Source: Octopus vulgaris (Eukaryota). Taken from it: 64,000 bases of DNA. Numbering within the stretch: the first letter of the stretch is position 1; each line of letters opens with the position of its first letter. The position numbers and the translations under genes are program-made. The stretch spans positions 8,556,001 to 8,620,000 of the forward strand of contig OX597829.1 of assembly GCA_951406725.2 (NCBI GenBank). The letters are read 5' to 3'. The notes beneath the pieces were generated by a model that was given only the letters and a program-made list of their open reading frames with translations, was not told the DNA's origin and searched no databases. This document shows, piece after piece, positions 29,645 through 43,736 of the stretch.

Positions 29645-31160
29645 TGTGTATTGTATGATGTGTTTTCCGTTATAATAGACCAATCTAGACTGAATTCTTT
29701 ATTGCGAATTTTTAATTTATTAATGTGGGTAGCTAGTGCAGTTGAATTTTTTGTTTCTTGATTAATAAATTAATGTGTGTGTGCGCCCCATATCTAGTAT
29801 TAAAATCAGCCGAGCTTCCTACGTATATCTTTTTGATTTACTAAGGGTTGAAACCACAACTTTATATACGACATTTCTCCTTAAACAGAATCCTTTTAAG
29901 GGACATAACTCCCGGTTAGGGAAATTACATGTTTTATTTCTATGGTTAACCTTTATAATCTTAATATCAGGATTCTTATTATCATTCATGTTAAAGTCAG
30001 CTATATTTGCACCTCCACCAATACTATTACTTCTAAGTTTAAATCCATTAGTTACCGCAATTATAGATCCTAGATTGAGAGTGGCTGAATACGATAATTT
30101 AAGGCAAGACCTATTAAAAAGGGAATTATTTTAATGGCATAATGGGAAATTCCTGCCAATCCTAAAAATTAATTTAGAGGGGTTTCTGACTTGGAGGAAA
30201 AAAGGAGGGTTAAAGCAGATAGCTTCCCGTTTCCTCACCGAGTTGTTCCTACTCTGCACAGTATAGTTATTATTGTTATAAATAAAAGAATTATAGTATC
30301 TTCTATTATGGTGTCGATTCTGATGCTCTGGGAGCATGGGCCGGGTGTCAATGTTTAATTTCGCAAAATTTGGAAAACGTTAACCAAATTTATTTTTAAA
30401 TATTGTATTCTTGATAAAATATATCTTCCTATTGAATCCACTGTCCTTCAATGCTGTATTATAAAAGGGTGCAAAGTTATAAAATATCTTTTCGTTTGCA
30501 GATAAGTTAGAGATTCTTAGAGACACTCCTTTGACTATCCCATTAATAGCACTTAGGGAATGATTTGATAAAGCGTGGATATACTTAATGTTACTTCCAA
30601 AATGTTAGCACATTTAGTGACAAATTTTATTAGTCTTTTCCTAACCTACCAGTCGTTTGTGCAGAGGAACCAGAAATAGCGAATAAAGCATCGTCTCTAT
30701 ACAAACCTCCATTGATATTAGGGAATTCTTTCTTAATTTTTGAAAATAAGAATAGTCTAACAATATCAGTGACCTGGGCAGAGTCCGAGCTTCTCAATGT
30801 AACATCAAAGTCGTCTTAAAGGTTACATCAGATCCAGGTCAGATTTTTGAAAGATATCAGTGTTTTCCTTGCGGCAAAAATAATATCTTTCTGTAAAGGT
30901 GTAATATCATTAAAATTCTCTGCAAAAATGATTGCTTTATCAAGTAGGTCCGGCTTTATATATTGAATGTAATTACTAATGTCGAATTGTATAAAGTGAG
31001 TTTTCCTTTTATTATTCAATGAGCAGAACCAAGTTTTGACGTCCTCCGTGGATATCCAAAGTGGAAGGTCCGTATTTCTTTTAACACAATGGATAATTCT
31101 ATCAATGATAGACTTACTAATTCTGCTTAAGTCAGACTTGGTTGGGAAAATTAACCTATC
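29470..31160 (-). mobile_element. Penelope-like element: decayed RT and GIY-YIG endonuclease
   Basis: FIQFDISNY..KPDLLDKAIIFA..ARKTL; FDVTL; GGLYRDDA (~30686-30710); YIHALSNH; FNPPF; CPLKGFCL..NVVYKV...RYVGS; STALATH; WSII; CKLCTKEA. Interrupted by (TG)n at ~29570-29645. Confidence 0.88.
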
Positions 31161-31227
31161 AGTGGGCTTGATGTGGAATTATATATACACAAACACATAT
31201 ATATGAATATATGTATGCATATCTATG

Positions 31228-31338
<111 letters not shown>

Positions 31339-31512
31339 ATGTATATATATATATATATATATTGGCTGCAATGATTCCTTTAAAATTTAGGCAGCACAAC
31401 ATGTATGACGATGGGAAATGGTTAGATACGAACACATAGAACATGCGGAAAAACAAACATCGTAGCCTTCAAGTGCTGGTAGGGTACCATAGATATGCAA
31501 CAAGCAAAACTA

Positions 31513-32999
<1,487 letters not shown>

Positions 33000-33017
33000 A
33001 TATACAAATATATATCC

Positions 33018-33048
<31 letters not shown>

Positions 33049-33059
33049 TAGATATATAT

Positions 33060-33107
<48 letters not shown>

Positions 33108-33411
33108 ATAGATAGATGGATAGATAGGTAGATAGATATAGATATATATATACATACATATATATATATGTATATATATATAATAGAAATATTAAAATTA
33201 CTAAGTCTCTCTAAAAGAGAACAACGGCAGCGTTCTCGGAAAATATTAGTTATCGCCATACTAATATGGCATTCTTATAAAAATAAGAATAAAGCTGACC
33301 GCTTATTAGCTCCATGAGGCCATCGCCTTAAGTTAGCTATTTGATACACAAACTGTATCCATATAACCTTTGAACAAGGGAGGTCAGTCGCTCCACACTA
33401 CTTGGCCGGCA

Positions 33412-33453
33412 GCTACAGACGCGTTTCGGGGTATTGCCCCTTTTCAATGCAGC
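33412..33453 (-). ncRNA. Minimal type-I hammerhead ribozyme (U3-A8 variant), unit 1
   Basis: GCTGCA TTGAAAA GGGG caata CCCC GAAA CGCG TC TGTAGC: 6-bp stem I (one GU), 4-bp stem II, palindromic ACGCGT stem III, GUC site. Confidence 0.8.
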
Positions 33454-33774
33454 GTAGCCAAACCAGTAGGTGTCGCTTCTGACAATCTCTGTTCAAAGGT
33501 TTTATTTACCTAGCTTCGGTGGAATACATCCACTTGTTTTCAATAATAGAAATATTAAAATTACTAAGTCTCTCTAAAAGAGAACAACGGCAGCGTTCTC
33601 GGAAAATATTAGTTATCGCCATACTAATATGGCATTCTTATAAAAATAAGAATAAAGCTGACCGCTTATTAGCTCCATGAGGCCATCGCCTTAAGTTAGC
33701 TATTTGATGCACAAACTGTATCCATATAACCTTTGAACAAGGGAGGTCAGTCGCTCCACACTACTTGGCCGGCA

Positions 33775-33816
33775 GCTACAGACGCGTTTCGGGGTATTGG
33801 CCCTTTTCAATGCAGC
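33775..33816 (-). ncRNA. Minimal hammerhead, unit 2
   Basis: Same as unit 1, with one substitution at the loop end of stem II (GGGCcaataCCCC). Confidence 0.75.
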
Positions 33817-34137
33817 GTAGCCAAACCAGTAGGTGTCGCTTCTGACAATCTCTGTTCAAAGGTTTTATTTACCTAGCTTCGGTGGAATACATCCACTTGT
33901 TTTCAATAATAGAAATATTAAAATTACTAAGTCTCTCTAAAAGAGAACAACGGCAGCGTTCTCGGAAAATATTAGTTATCGCCATACTAATATGGCATTC
34001 TTATAAAAATAAGAATAAAGCTGACCGCTTATTAGCTCCATGAGGCCATCGCCTTAAGTTAGCTATTTGATACACAAACTGTATCCATATAACCTTTGAA
34101 CAAGGGAGGTCAGTCGCTCCACACTACTTGGCCGGCA

Positions 34138-34179
34138 GCTACAGACGCGTTTCGGGGTATTGCCCCTTTTCAATGCAGC
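34138..34179 (-). ncRNA. Minimal hammerhead, unit 3
   Basis: Identical to unit 1. Confidence 0.8.
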
Positions 34180-34740
34180 GTAGCCAAACCAGTAGGTGTC
34201 GCTTCTGACAATCTCTGTTCAAAGGTTTTATTTACCTAGCTTCGGTGGAATACATCCACTTGTTTTCAATAATAGAAATATTAAAATTACTAAGTCTCTC
34301 TAAAAGAGAACAACGGCAGCGTTCTCGGAAAATATTAGTTATCGCCATACTAATATGGCATTCTTATAAAAATAAGAATAAAGCTGACCGCTTATTAGCT
34401 CCATGAGGCCATCGCCTTAAGTTAGCTATTTGATGCACAAACTGTATCCATATAACCTTTGAACAATGCCATATACAGTTTGTGCATCAAATAGCTAACT
34501 TAAGGCGATGGCCTCATGGAGCTAATAAGCGGTCAGCTTTATTCTTATTTTTATAAGAATGCCATATTAGTATGGCGATAACTAATATTTTCCGAGAACG
34601 CTGCCGTTGTTCTCTTTTAGAGAGACTTAGTAATTTTAATATTTCTATTATTGAAAACAAGTGGATGTATTCCACCGAAGCTAGGTAAATAAAACCTTTG
34701 AACAGAGATTGTCAGAAGCGACACCTACTGGTTTGGCTAC

Positions 34741-34781
34741 GCTGCATTGAAAAGGGCAATACCCCGAAACGCGTCTGTAGC
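34741..34781 (+). ncRNA. Minimal hammerhead in the inverted arm
   Basis: gctgcaTTGAAAAgggcaataccccGAAAcgcgTCtgtagc, one G shorter in stem II. Confidence 0.75.
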
Positions 34782-34940
34782 TGCCGGCCAAGTAGTGTGG
34801 AGCGACTGACCTCCCTTGTTCAAAGGTTATATGGATACAGTTTGTGTATCAAATAGCTAACTTAAGGCGATGGCCTCATGGAGCTAATAAGCGGTCAGCT
34901 TTATTCTTATTTTTATAAGAATGCCATATTAGTATGGCGA

Positions 34941-34994
<54 letters not shown>

Positions 34995-35110
34995 GCACTG
35001 AATTGTGTTTGGCTTTCTGGTCGATAACTGAATATGAGTTGGGGACCTTCTGTGTTTGTTTTCCGTTTGTTTGTGCTTTTACTATACGTTTTTTAAACTC
35101 ATATATACAT

Positions 35111-35173
<63 letters not shown>

Positions 35174-35299
35174 ATATTAATTAGAGACAAAACCACTATT
35201 TTGCAAAACAAACAAGGAAAGACTTAATCAATACATAAAATTTTAATAAAAAGGAAAAAAAAAGGAAAAAAAGTTAAAAAAAGTAAAAAAAAGTAAAGA

Positions 35300-35341
<42 letters not shown>

Positions 35342-35411
35342 CGTACATACATATATATATATATATATATAGATACATACATATATATATAGATACATAC
35401 ATATATATATA

Positions 35412-35597
35412 TAGGAAAAGTTTACGAAAAGAAAGGAAAAGACGAAGACAGGTGGGGTACAAAACAAACAGATGTATTAGTATAACGCTCAGGAATAGAA
35501 AAAGTCTTTTACGTTTCGAGCCTACGCTCTTCTACAGAAAGGTACACAGAAAAAACAGGGAGAGAAACAAGGAGAGAAAAATGCGTGTAGTGGCTAA
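35412..35597 (-). mobile_element. PLE terminal-repeat fragment with a hammerhead-like motif (35506-35541)
   Basis: Minus strand: cttt CTGTAGA a gagc gtag gctc GAAA cg TA aaag. Homologous to 56590-56720. Confidence 0.65.
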
Positions 35598-35621
35598 CAC
35601 ACACACACACACATACATACA

Positions 35622-35668
<47 letters not shown>

Positions 35669-36177
35669 GTATATGTATGTATGTACAGATACACACACAC
35701 ACGCACATATATATTTGTATCAACACCCTCATCATCATCATCATCATCATCATCAAATTTGAGTCTGCATAAGTCGCTACTCGAAGTGTTTCGCTTAGTA
35801 CATGATAAATCTATAAGTATATATTTTCACCCACTAGCTAACAGTGTTGAGCTTGCTCTTTCACTTAATTGCAAACATGCATTCATTCAAACAGACATAA
35901 ACGTCATTTGGTATCTCTCTTCAGCAAAATATAATCCATTCTACAATTATTACAGTATCGATTATTCACATCAATAAATCAATATTTGCGTTAAATCAGG
36001 AATGTTTAAGCATTAAAAGAAGATTTTTAGCATTTTCCGGCTTTTCTTTATCTAAAATTTTGAAGAAATGTTTATGGTTATGGGATTTTCAAACTTTCAA
36101 CTGCAGCACACGCGTGTATATGTGTATACATATACTTACATAAATGCATACATACATACATTCATATATGTGCATTC

Positions 36178-36226
<49 letters not shown>

Positions 36227-37005
36227 CGTATATATATATATATATGTGTGTGTGTGTGCGTATATATGTATGTATAACATACATACATATATATATATAT
36301 TAACCTATCAGACTATTACAACATGGTTCGTTGGTTAGTTTGTTGTTTTATACATGTAGTTTGCGCAGTTTTTGCACAGGTGTGAATAATAATTAAACTG
36401 TAGAGAGCAAAACAGCTGAAAATCATCAAGATTAGAAGCCAATTCTAATACTTTACTATTCAAAATGTCTTATTATTTTTTTTTTCTTCGCGATATTAAT
36501 TTGTATAACAGCCATTGTGGCAAGCACTGGAGAGTTAAGCGAGCGTATAGAGTAATTTTTCGGGCAATAGGACTTCACGGTGAGATTTCAATTGTCGGTT
36601 GATTCCATCTTGGTGTTTTTGTATAACTCTGATTGAGAAAACTTATCATCAAAAGTATTCAAGCCATTAACATACTTCTCCACCGTCTTCTTTACACCTT
36701 TTTTTCATAGTACACTAGATTAAAATATTCAGTCCGTACTTTGTTTAAAAGAGGATTGTATATTTATAATGTTACTGGCCTCTCAGGTGTTATAGTTTTT
36801 TTGATTTCCATCCTCTCGTTTTGCTTGTATCTGCCGCAAGGAAGACATCAAGTGTAATGGGGTCTAGGTCATTCCCAAGGCACCTATTGTGTCTGTTTTC
36901 AGTTTTTAAATTCTGGTTTGCATGACTTATTTTAGAACTTATGTTCGTGTGTGTTCGTATTTCGTCATTCTGTAGTCCTCAACGTCTTGGGTACTTGAAG
37001 CCAAA

Positions 37006-37037
<32 letters not shown>

Positions 37038-37334
37038 CCACCACCACCACTACCACCACCATCATCATCGCCACCGCCGCCACCACCACCACCACCACCA
37101 CAACCACCATCATCATGATCATCATCATCATCATGATGATGATGATCATCATCATCATCATCATCATCATCATCTTTATTATCATCACTATCATCATCAA
37201 CATTTATCATTTTACCTCAGGTTTTGTTGAAACTCATGGAAACTTGTATGAGTAGCGCACTTGCTACCTGTAGCCTACAATACCATGCTATACGTTGTCT
37301 TTAACTATATAGTAGCCATTTTACTATTATTAAG

Positions 37335-39135
37335 TGAGTAGTTATATTTTATAGCGTGCTGTCACTTCACTACCGAGCGCAGCTCTGTGTGCCTTGGGTA
37401 TGTGTTGTGATTTGTTGTGATGCTCTTACGGTTATGAAAGTGTTTTGTGTAGGATGTGTGTAGTGCCTAGTAGTGCAATTTTCTGTATGTTATATGTGTT
37501 TGTAAGTCCTGGTGTTTTTGTTATGTATTTGTCTGAATATTTTTTTATCATACCTAATGCGCCTACTATGATAAGAATTGTTTCTGTTTTTAGATTCCAC
37601 ATTCGAGTTGCCACTATTTCCAGGTCTTTGTATTTTGAAAGTTTCTCCATTTCTTTTAGAGAAACTTTGTCATTTGCTGGTATTGATATATCAATTAGAA
37701 AGCACTTTTTTCTTCAAGATCTCTGACAACTATATCTAGCCTTCTTCTTTTGCTTCTTTTTCTTCCTCTTCTTCTTCTTTTTCTTCTATTTCTTTTCCTT
37801 TTTTCTTCTTTTTTCTTCTTTTTTCTTCTTTCTTTTCTTTTTTCTTTTTTCTTTTTTTCTTCTTTTTTCTTCTTCTTTTTCTTTTTTCTTTTTTCTTTCT
37901 TTCTTCTTCTTCTTCTTCTTTGTCTTCTTCTTCTTCTTCTATTTCTACTTCTTTTTCTTTTCTTTTTTTTCTTCTTTTTCTTTTTTCTTTTTTCTTTCTT
38001 TCTTTCTTCTTCTTCTTTGTCTTCTTCTTCTTCTTCTTCTTCTTCTTCTTCTTCTTCTTCATATTTGTTACGTAATATGATTTCTTGTATTTGTCAGCTT
38101 CCTTAAATACTGAATACTGTTTTTTTCCTCGTGATTTGTGGTAATTTGTATTAGTTTTTCTTGCTTCTGAAGTAGGTATTTTTGCAGTCCTATGGTGGTT
38201 ATTTTAAAATAGTTTTCCATCTGTATAAGGCCTCTGCCACCTTCTATACGTTGTATATATAGCCTTTCTATGTTAGATTTTGAGTAGTGCATCCTAGATC
38301 CTGTCATTATTTTTATTGTTTTCCTGTCTATTTTGGTTTGTTCATATATACAGTTAAGGATATTGTAGATGTGACTTATAACTGAGATGGCTAAAGTGTT
38401 AATACCTATTATCTTGTTTTTAGCATTGAGCTCTGTTTTTAGTATTGATCTAACTCGTCCATAGTATTCTTTCTTTATTTTCTCTTTCATTTGTGTGCGT
38501 TGTATCATATCTAAATCATTGATTCCTAAATATTTGTATGTTTGGCTTTGGTCTAATTCTTTTATTTCATTGGCTTTATCTAGTGTGATGTTGCTACTCT
38601 TAACTAGTTTTCCTCTTTCCAGGGTTACTTTGGCAAGTTTTTTTCTAATCCAAATTTCATATCTATTTCATTGGTAAATCCATTAACTGTCTGTAGTAGT
38701 GTTTCCAGCTATTTATCATTTCTAGCGTATAGTTTTAGGTCATCCATATATAAAAGGTGGCTGATTGTTTTGCCGTAACATTTGTATCCGCATCCAGTTC
38801 TATTTAGCATGTCAGATAGAGGTGCCAGTGTGAAGCAGAAAAAATGTCGAGAGAGCGTGTCTCCCTGGAATATTCCTCTTCTAATGGGGATTGCTTTGGT
38901 TTTCACGAGTCCTTCTTTTGTTTGGAGCTGTAGCACTGTTTGCCATTTATTCATAGAGTGTCCTATGTATTTTATAATTGTTGGTGCTACCTTGTTAATG
39001 GTTAGTGTTTCGAGGATCCACGTGTTGGGAATACTATCAAAAGCATTTCGGTAGTCGACCCAGGACATTTACAGCCATATGAGCCCTTGCAGTATCCCTT
39101 CTGCTCTTCTGGAAACAGGTTGTTTTCTTCAGATG
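37335..39135 (-). mobile_element. R4/Dong-like family B copy (RT to 3' UTR), interrupted by a pyrimidine-rich tract
   Basis: DYRNAFDSIPNTW; RRGIFQGDTLS; HLLYMDDLKLY; KEYYGRVRSILKTELN; EKLSKYKDLE..IVGALG. Same 3' UTR as the 11548 copy. Confidence 0.9.
37740..38060. repeat. (CTT)n/poly-pyrimidine tract
   Basis: Directly visible. Replaces the CCHC region of the LINE. Confidence 0.9.
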
Positions 39136-39239
39136 TTTGATCGTAAGGATCATTCTTACCACACAATGATGACGTCTTTTGTATTTGCGTTATGCCAATT
39201 TTGGGCATTCGCTAACGATGTGTCATATCGTTTCACCCC

Positions 39240-39900
39240 TCTCCCCACACATTCTGCACGACAGGCAGGTAGTAACTGATCAAGCTTCGGCAGGTCGTAA
39301 TCAAACTTGATCCTTAAGGTTATCTTCAATCCTATAAAGAACCAAATTCATCTGAACAACACTGAGAAAAAACCGTTAAAAGTACCATCTAGAGATTTCG
39401 TTACCTTCGTGCGATCAGGTCAGCGGATCCGTTTCAAGAAGAAGATCAAGAAACTTCCTGTGAGAGATGAAACGGGGAACGGCTATTGGGAGGTAACTGC
39501 AGATTTATCTGGGTGCCAGGGATTCTTTCCCATCCAAGTTACGAAAAAAACCCAGACATTTTGATGTGGTGTGAAAGAATCAAGTTGTAAATCTAGTCGA
39601 GTTAACGATTCCTCATGAAGATAATGTGGACGCCGCTCGGGCTCGAAAGATTGACCTTTATGTAAACCTTCTCGAGGAATGTGACGACGCAGGCTGAAAA
39701 GCAGAACACTTTCCAATCGAAGTCAGATGTAGAGGGTTTGTTGGACCCAGTGTGAGACGACTGTTGTTATCGTTAGGCCTAACTCATCGTAAGGTAACTA
39801 CCACTATGACCGATATCCAAACTACAGTAGAAAGGGCTAGCTACTGGATTTGGTTAAAAAGAGACGATGTGCGATGGCTAGAAGGATATTGAGTTTTATT
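39240..39900 (+). mobile_element. HERO/NeSL-like RLE non-LTR C-terminal relic
   Basis: FVRSG; WEVTADL; PDILMW; LVELTIPHEDN; FPIEVRCRGFVG; VERASYWIWLKRDD. Clade assignment is inference. Confidence 0.7.
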
Positions 39901-40149
39901 TGATAACCAGCTGATCTAGCAAGCGTGGCCTCATATCAGTGAGGGAGCCGGTGCGCATTGATGCTGTTGAGAGGTAGGCCCCGAAACGGCGCGCATTCTC
40001 TCCTGATGACCCCATACACTTGCTGGCTCCCAGTATGCGGAGTTTTTGACTGGTAGCACTTGCATGTATAAAGTGTTTGCAAGACATCTATTGATCATGA
40101 ACAAAATCGCAGTCAAAAGTGCAAAAGAAAAGGAATGAAGTGGGAAAAA

Positions 40150-41390
40150 GAGTGACCAAAATAGTAATAGAATGTTGACTGAGAAGTGAGCCAAATAAAA
40201 GAGGCTTCATGGAACGAATAAAGAGAATATGAGATGAAAAAGGAGGTTTTGAAGCATGCGCCCAGCGACTGAGAGACCAAGCTAGAGCAATCTGTAAGAA
40301 CGACTGGATTGCGGCAGTAGAGATTGAAGGTATTCAGAGAAATATAATAAAAAAGACAGGAGTGTGAAGAAGCAATAGCAGAAAGCGGTAATGAAGGGGT
40401 AATAAATAAAGAAAATGAAACAGATCGAAACCGCAGAGTATCAGATAATATTGATAAAGTAACCAATTAAGACGATCTATATTGACAAGTGTCAGTAAGT
40501 ACTGCACAAAACTTAAATGATGAAGAGATTTTTAGAAATGTTGCAAGGTAAAATGGCTGACTGAAATAAAGAAGTACTACCAAATGTAAGATTTATGGAC
40601 AGTAAACAAGTGAGGAAAGCCACAGACAAAGACAAAATGCCGTAGCGAACAGAGTATTCTACAAGCGAAAAACTGAAGTATAAAAGGAAATGAAAAGAAA
40701 GAACCAAACTAGAGGAAGAGAATGAGAATGAAGCTGGAAAAGACACGGAAAGAATTGGGGCAGTTGAATAGGATAATGAGAGGAGAGCTCAAGAATAAGG
40801 TAGTGATAATAAAAAATTGAATGGACAGGTTAGATGCGTCTTAATTAGTCACATGAAGAATTGACACAAAAGGTGACAGCACTAAAGGCCAAATTGAAAA
40901 GATATGAAGCTAGATGCAAAGGTTTCGAAAAGACTAGACTGTTGCAATAAAATAGAAGGTGTCTATTTGAGGAAACGGGGAATCCAACACTAGGAACTGA
41001 TTCCAGAAGCGGAAGAAAGAAAATAATTTTGGGGAAGGCTGCGGAACAGGCCGGCGAGACATAAAGAAAGCGCAAAGTGGCAAACAAAGTTGGATAGACA
41101 ACTAACAATTGTACAAGACAAAAGGATGTCTATATATAGTGAGACAGAAGTTTTAAAAAATAGCAAATTGTAAAGGACCAGGCCCAGATGGAGTACTAGG
41201 CTATTGGCTGTAGAACTTTACACAGGTGCATTAAAGGATCGTTGAGCAACTGGATGATTGCCTGCAGCAAGGTCACGTCCCTGCCTTTATGATAAGTACA
41301 CGAATGCTGCAAGGATGCCTTGAAAGGGAACTTGGCATCAAAGGTTTGACCTATAACCTGTTTGCCATTAATGTGGGAGCTTTGATCCTG
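40150..41390 (+). mobile_element. Heavily decayed R4/Dong-like N-terminal/pre-RT fragment
   Basis: KGPGPDGVLGYWL; EQLDDCLQQG; PITCLPLMW near 41170-41380. Confidence 0.65.
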
Positions 41391-41399
41391 TGCCGCTAA

Positions 41400-42100
41400 T
41401 ATGAAACTTTCAGTTTCTGCTTTCAGCCATTGATGGGTTTTTGATTGGTTTGCTTCAGCATTTCGGCTTCGAAGAATATATTGTCCTTGCAGAAGCTTTT
41501 GGCTCCAGCGCTCCTGAATTTGTTTCTGCCCGTTCTGTTGTTTAGTCTATTTGATCCATTTTGTTTGGTGGCAGTGGTTTCAGGTTCTTCATCTAATTCA
41601 GGGTTAATGCCGACTTTCCTTGTGAATTACCAAGCTTCCTTGACAAAGAAATGTGATCTCTTGCTGCTTTCGTGTTTGCACACAAGCTGCAGCATTCAAT
41701 AATTTGTACTAGATAAGTATTTGTACATTGCTACTGCGGAGGTCTTATAGCACAGTTCTTCTTCCCTCATTATTTTTAGTTAGATATAGACGGTCAACGT
41801 CTGCTTTTGGGTGATGCATGTTCTTAGAAGTTAGTATTTTTCTTGTCCTCCTGTCCAGGTTTCGGAGCTCTGTAAGTTTCCATTTAATGATGTTAAAACT
41901 ATATTAGACTACTGGAAGTAGCAGGGTGTTAATGGCTTCGATGCGATTTTTCGAGTTGAGTTCAGTTTTTAGTATGAGTCTTACTCTTCTGTAATACTCC
42001 TTTCGTATTTTTTTCTTCATAGTAGCATGTTGCATACCATCTCCTTCATTTATCCCAGGTATTTATAGCTTCCTTGTGGGTCAAACACCTTGATGGTTTT
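41400..42100 (-). mobile_element. R4/Dong-like post-RT fragment
   Basis: YKYLGINEGDGMQHATMKKKIRKEYYRRVRLILKTELNSKN..MHHPKADVDRLYL. Confidence 0.85.
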
Positions 42101-42123
42101 ATTATTATTATTATTATTATTAT

Positions 42124-42671
42124 TGAGTGAGAGAGCAGTTCATGCCATCAAAGTGACACTGGGGTAAAATATACGAACCCCAGTATACCCATCATGACTA
42201 CCCGTCTGATAAGGGTACACCAGGAACATGCATCACAACCATATGTGCGCGACATGGTGATCTCATATGAAGATAAACAGCACATGACCTTGCAAGTGGG
42301 ACCCAGTTAGAATTTTCTTCTGGTCGAGTAGCCCATCCCGCTCAAACGGTCCCTGAATAAGGGTTGTTTAAGGATGTTGAACGAAACACCCAAAGGTTAA
42401 TTATCCAAACCTCCAAGAATTCCTTTCAACACATGGCTATGATGCTCCCCCACTACTTCTGCTCGTGATCAGAGATGCACATATCGTCTGCCACTAAGGG
42501 ACATGCTCATCTGGTTAAGGTCAAATAACTGACAAGCAAATCTGTGGTATTGAGCAGAATATTTGCTGTAGGTCATCTTTTATACCAAGACAAAACAATG
42601 TACATGATAACACTTCCAATCAGTTAAGATCAAAAGCCATGAGAGCCACTGTCTGGTACTGCATCAGGGCA
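42124..42671 (-). mobile_element. Unclassified (TAA)n-associated element, copy 4
   Basis: tgagtgagagag...gcatcagggca. (TTA)n on both sides. Confidence 0.88.
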
Positions 42672-42718
42672 CTTTATTATTATCATTATTATTATTATCC
42701 TCATTATTATCATCATCA

Positions 42719-42806
<88 letters not shown>

Positions 42807-42819
42807 CATATCATTATTA

Positions 42820-42874
<55 letters not shown>

Positions 42875-42922
42875 CATATCATTATTATTATTATAATTAT
42901 AATTATAATTATAATTATTATA

Positions 42923-42989
<67 letters not shown>

Positions 42990-42990
<1 letters not shown>

Positions 42991-43200
42991 AGCAGCGAGC
43001 TGGCAGAATCGTTAGCACACCGGGCAAAATGCATAGCGGTATTTCGCCTGTCGCTACGTTCTGAGTTCAAATCCTCCGACGTCGACTGTGCCTTTCATCC
43101 TTTCACGGTCGATAAATTAAGTACCAGTTGAGTACTGAGTTCGATGTAATCGACTGGCCTTCTCACCCCATGTTTAAGGCGTTATGCCTATAGTAGAAAG
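42990..43200 (+). mobile_element. tRNA-type SINE (family 1)
   Basis: gcgagctggcagaatcgttagc...gagttcaaatcc (B-box-like)...gtcgactgtgcctttcatcc..gataaattaagtaccag. Follows (TTA)n. Confidence 0.78.
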
Positions 43201-43214
43201 AATTATTATTGTTA

Positions 43215-43696
43215 TTATTATAAACGTCCCACAGTGTACAATATCGTAAGGTTGTTGATTGAAGATATTGTGTTTACCGGGGGTTTGTACTGTTTATCAA
43301 GTTATAACAAGGACCTCAGACACACAGTACTTTACGCAATATGCGTGCAGTTCCAAGTAATGCCGACTTTTGCAATAAATATAGATTGTAGGGAATTTCA
43401 AAAGTTTTCAGTTTTTTTTTTTTTTTCAGATTGGGTGGTATTGAATCCAATGCTCCGATGACAATAGGGATAACCTTTATTTTCGCTTCTGGTAGCTGCC
43501 ACATCTTAGCAATCTCAATTCTCAGGTCTCCTTATTTATCAACTTTTTCTTTTTCTTTCATGACATGCTGATCTCCTGGCACTGTTACGTCAATTATTAG
43601 GCGCTCTTCTTTGTTCTTCCTAAACGTTACTATGTCCAGCCTTCGGTGCTCTAATATCTTTGGAAGTCGAAGTCCCATAGGATTTTTGCCTTCCCA

Positions 43697-43700
<4 letters not shown>
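43215..43700 (-). mobile_element. 3' RLE fragment of an R4/Dong-like LINE
   Basis: MWQL..KVIPIVIGALDSIP...LQKSALLGTARILRKVL. Confidence 0.8.

Positions 43701-43736
<36 letters not shown>

Larger units (their letters stand above)
33181..34946 (-). mobile_element. Retrozyme-like or PLE-pLTR tandem array: ~3.5 x 363-bp units plus a 474-bp inverted arm, one hammerhead per complete unit
   Basis: Units start at 33181, 33544, 33907 and 34270. Inverted arm 34473-34946. (TA)n on both flanks. No ORF. Confidence 0.85.

Noticed and set aside
33181-34946. CRISPR-like array interpretation of the tandem repeat
   Set aside because: Units are identical along their full 363 bp with no unique spacers, there are no cas genes, and the context is eukaryotic.
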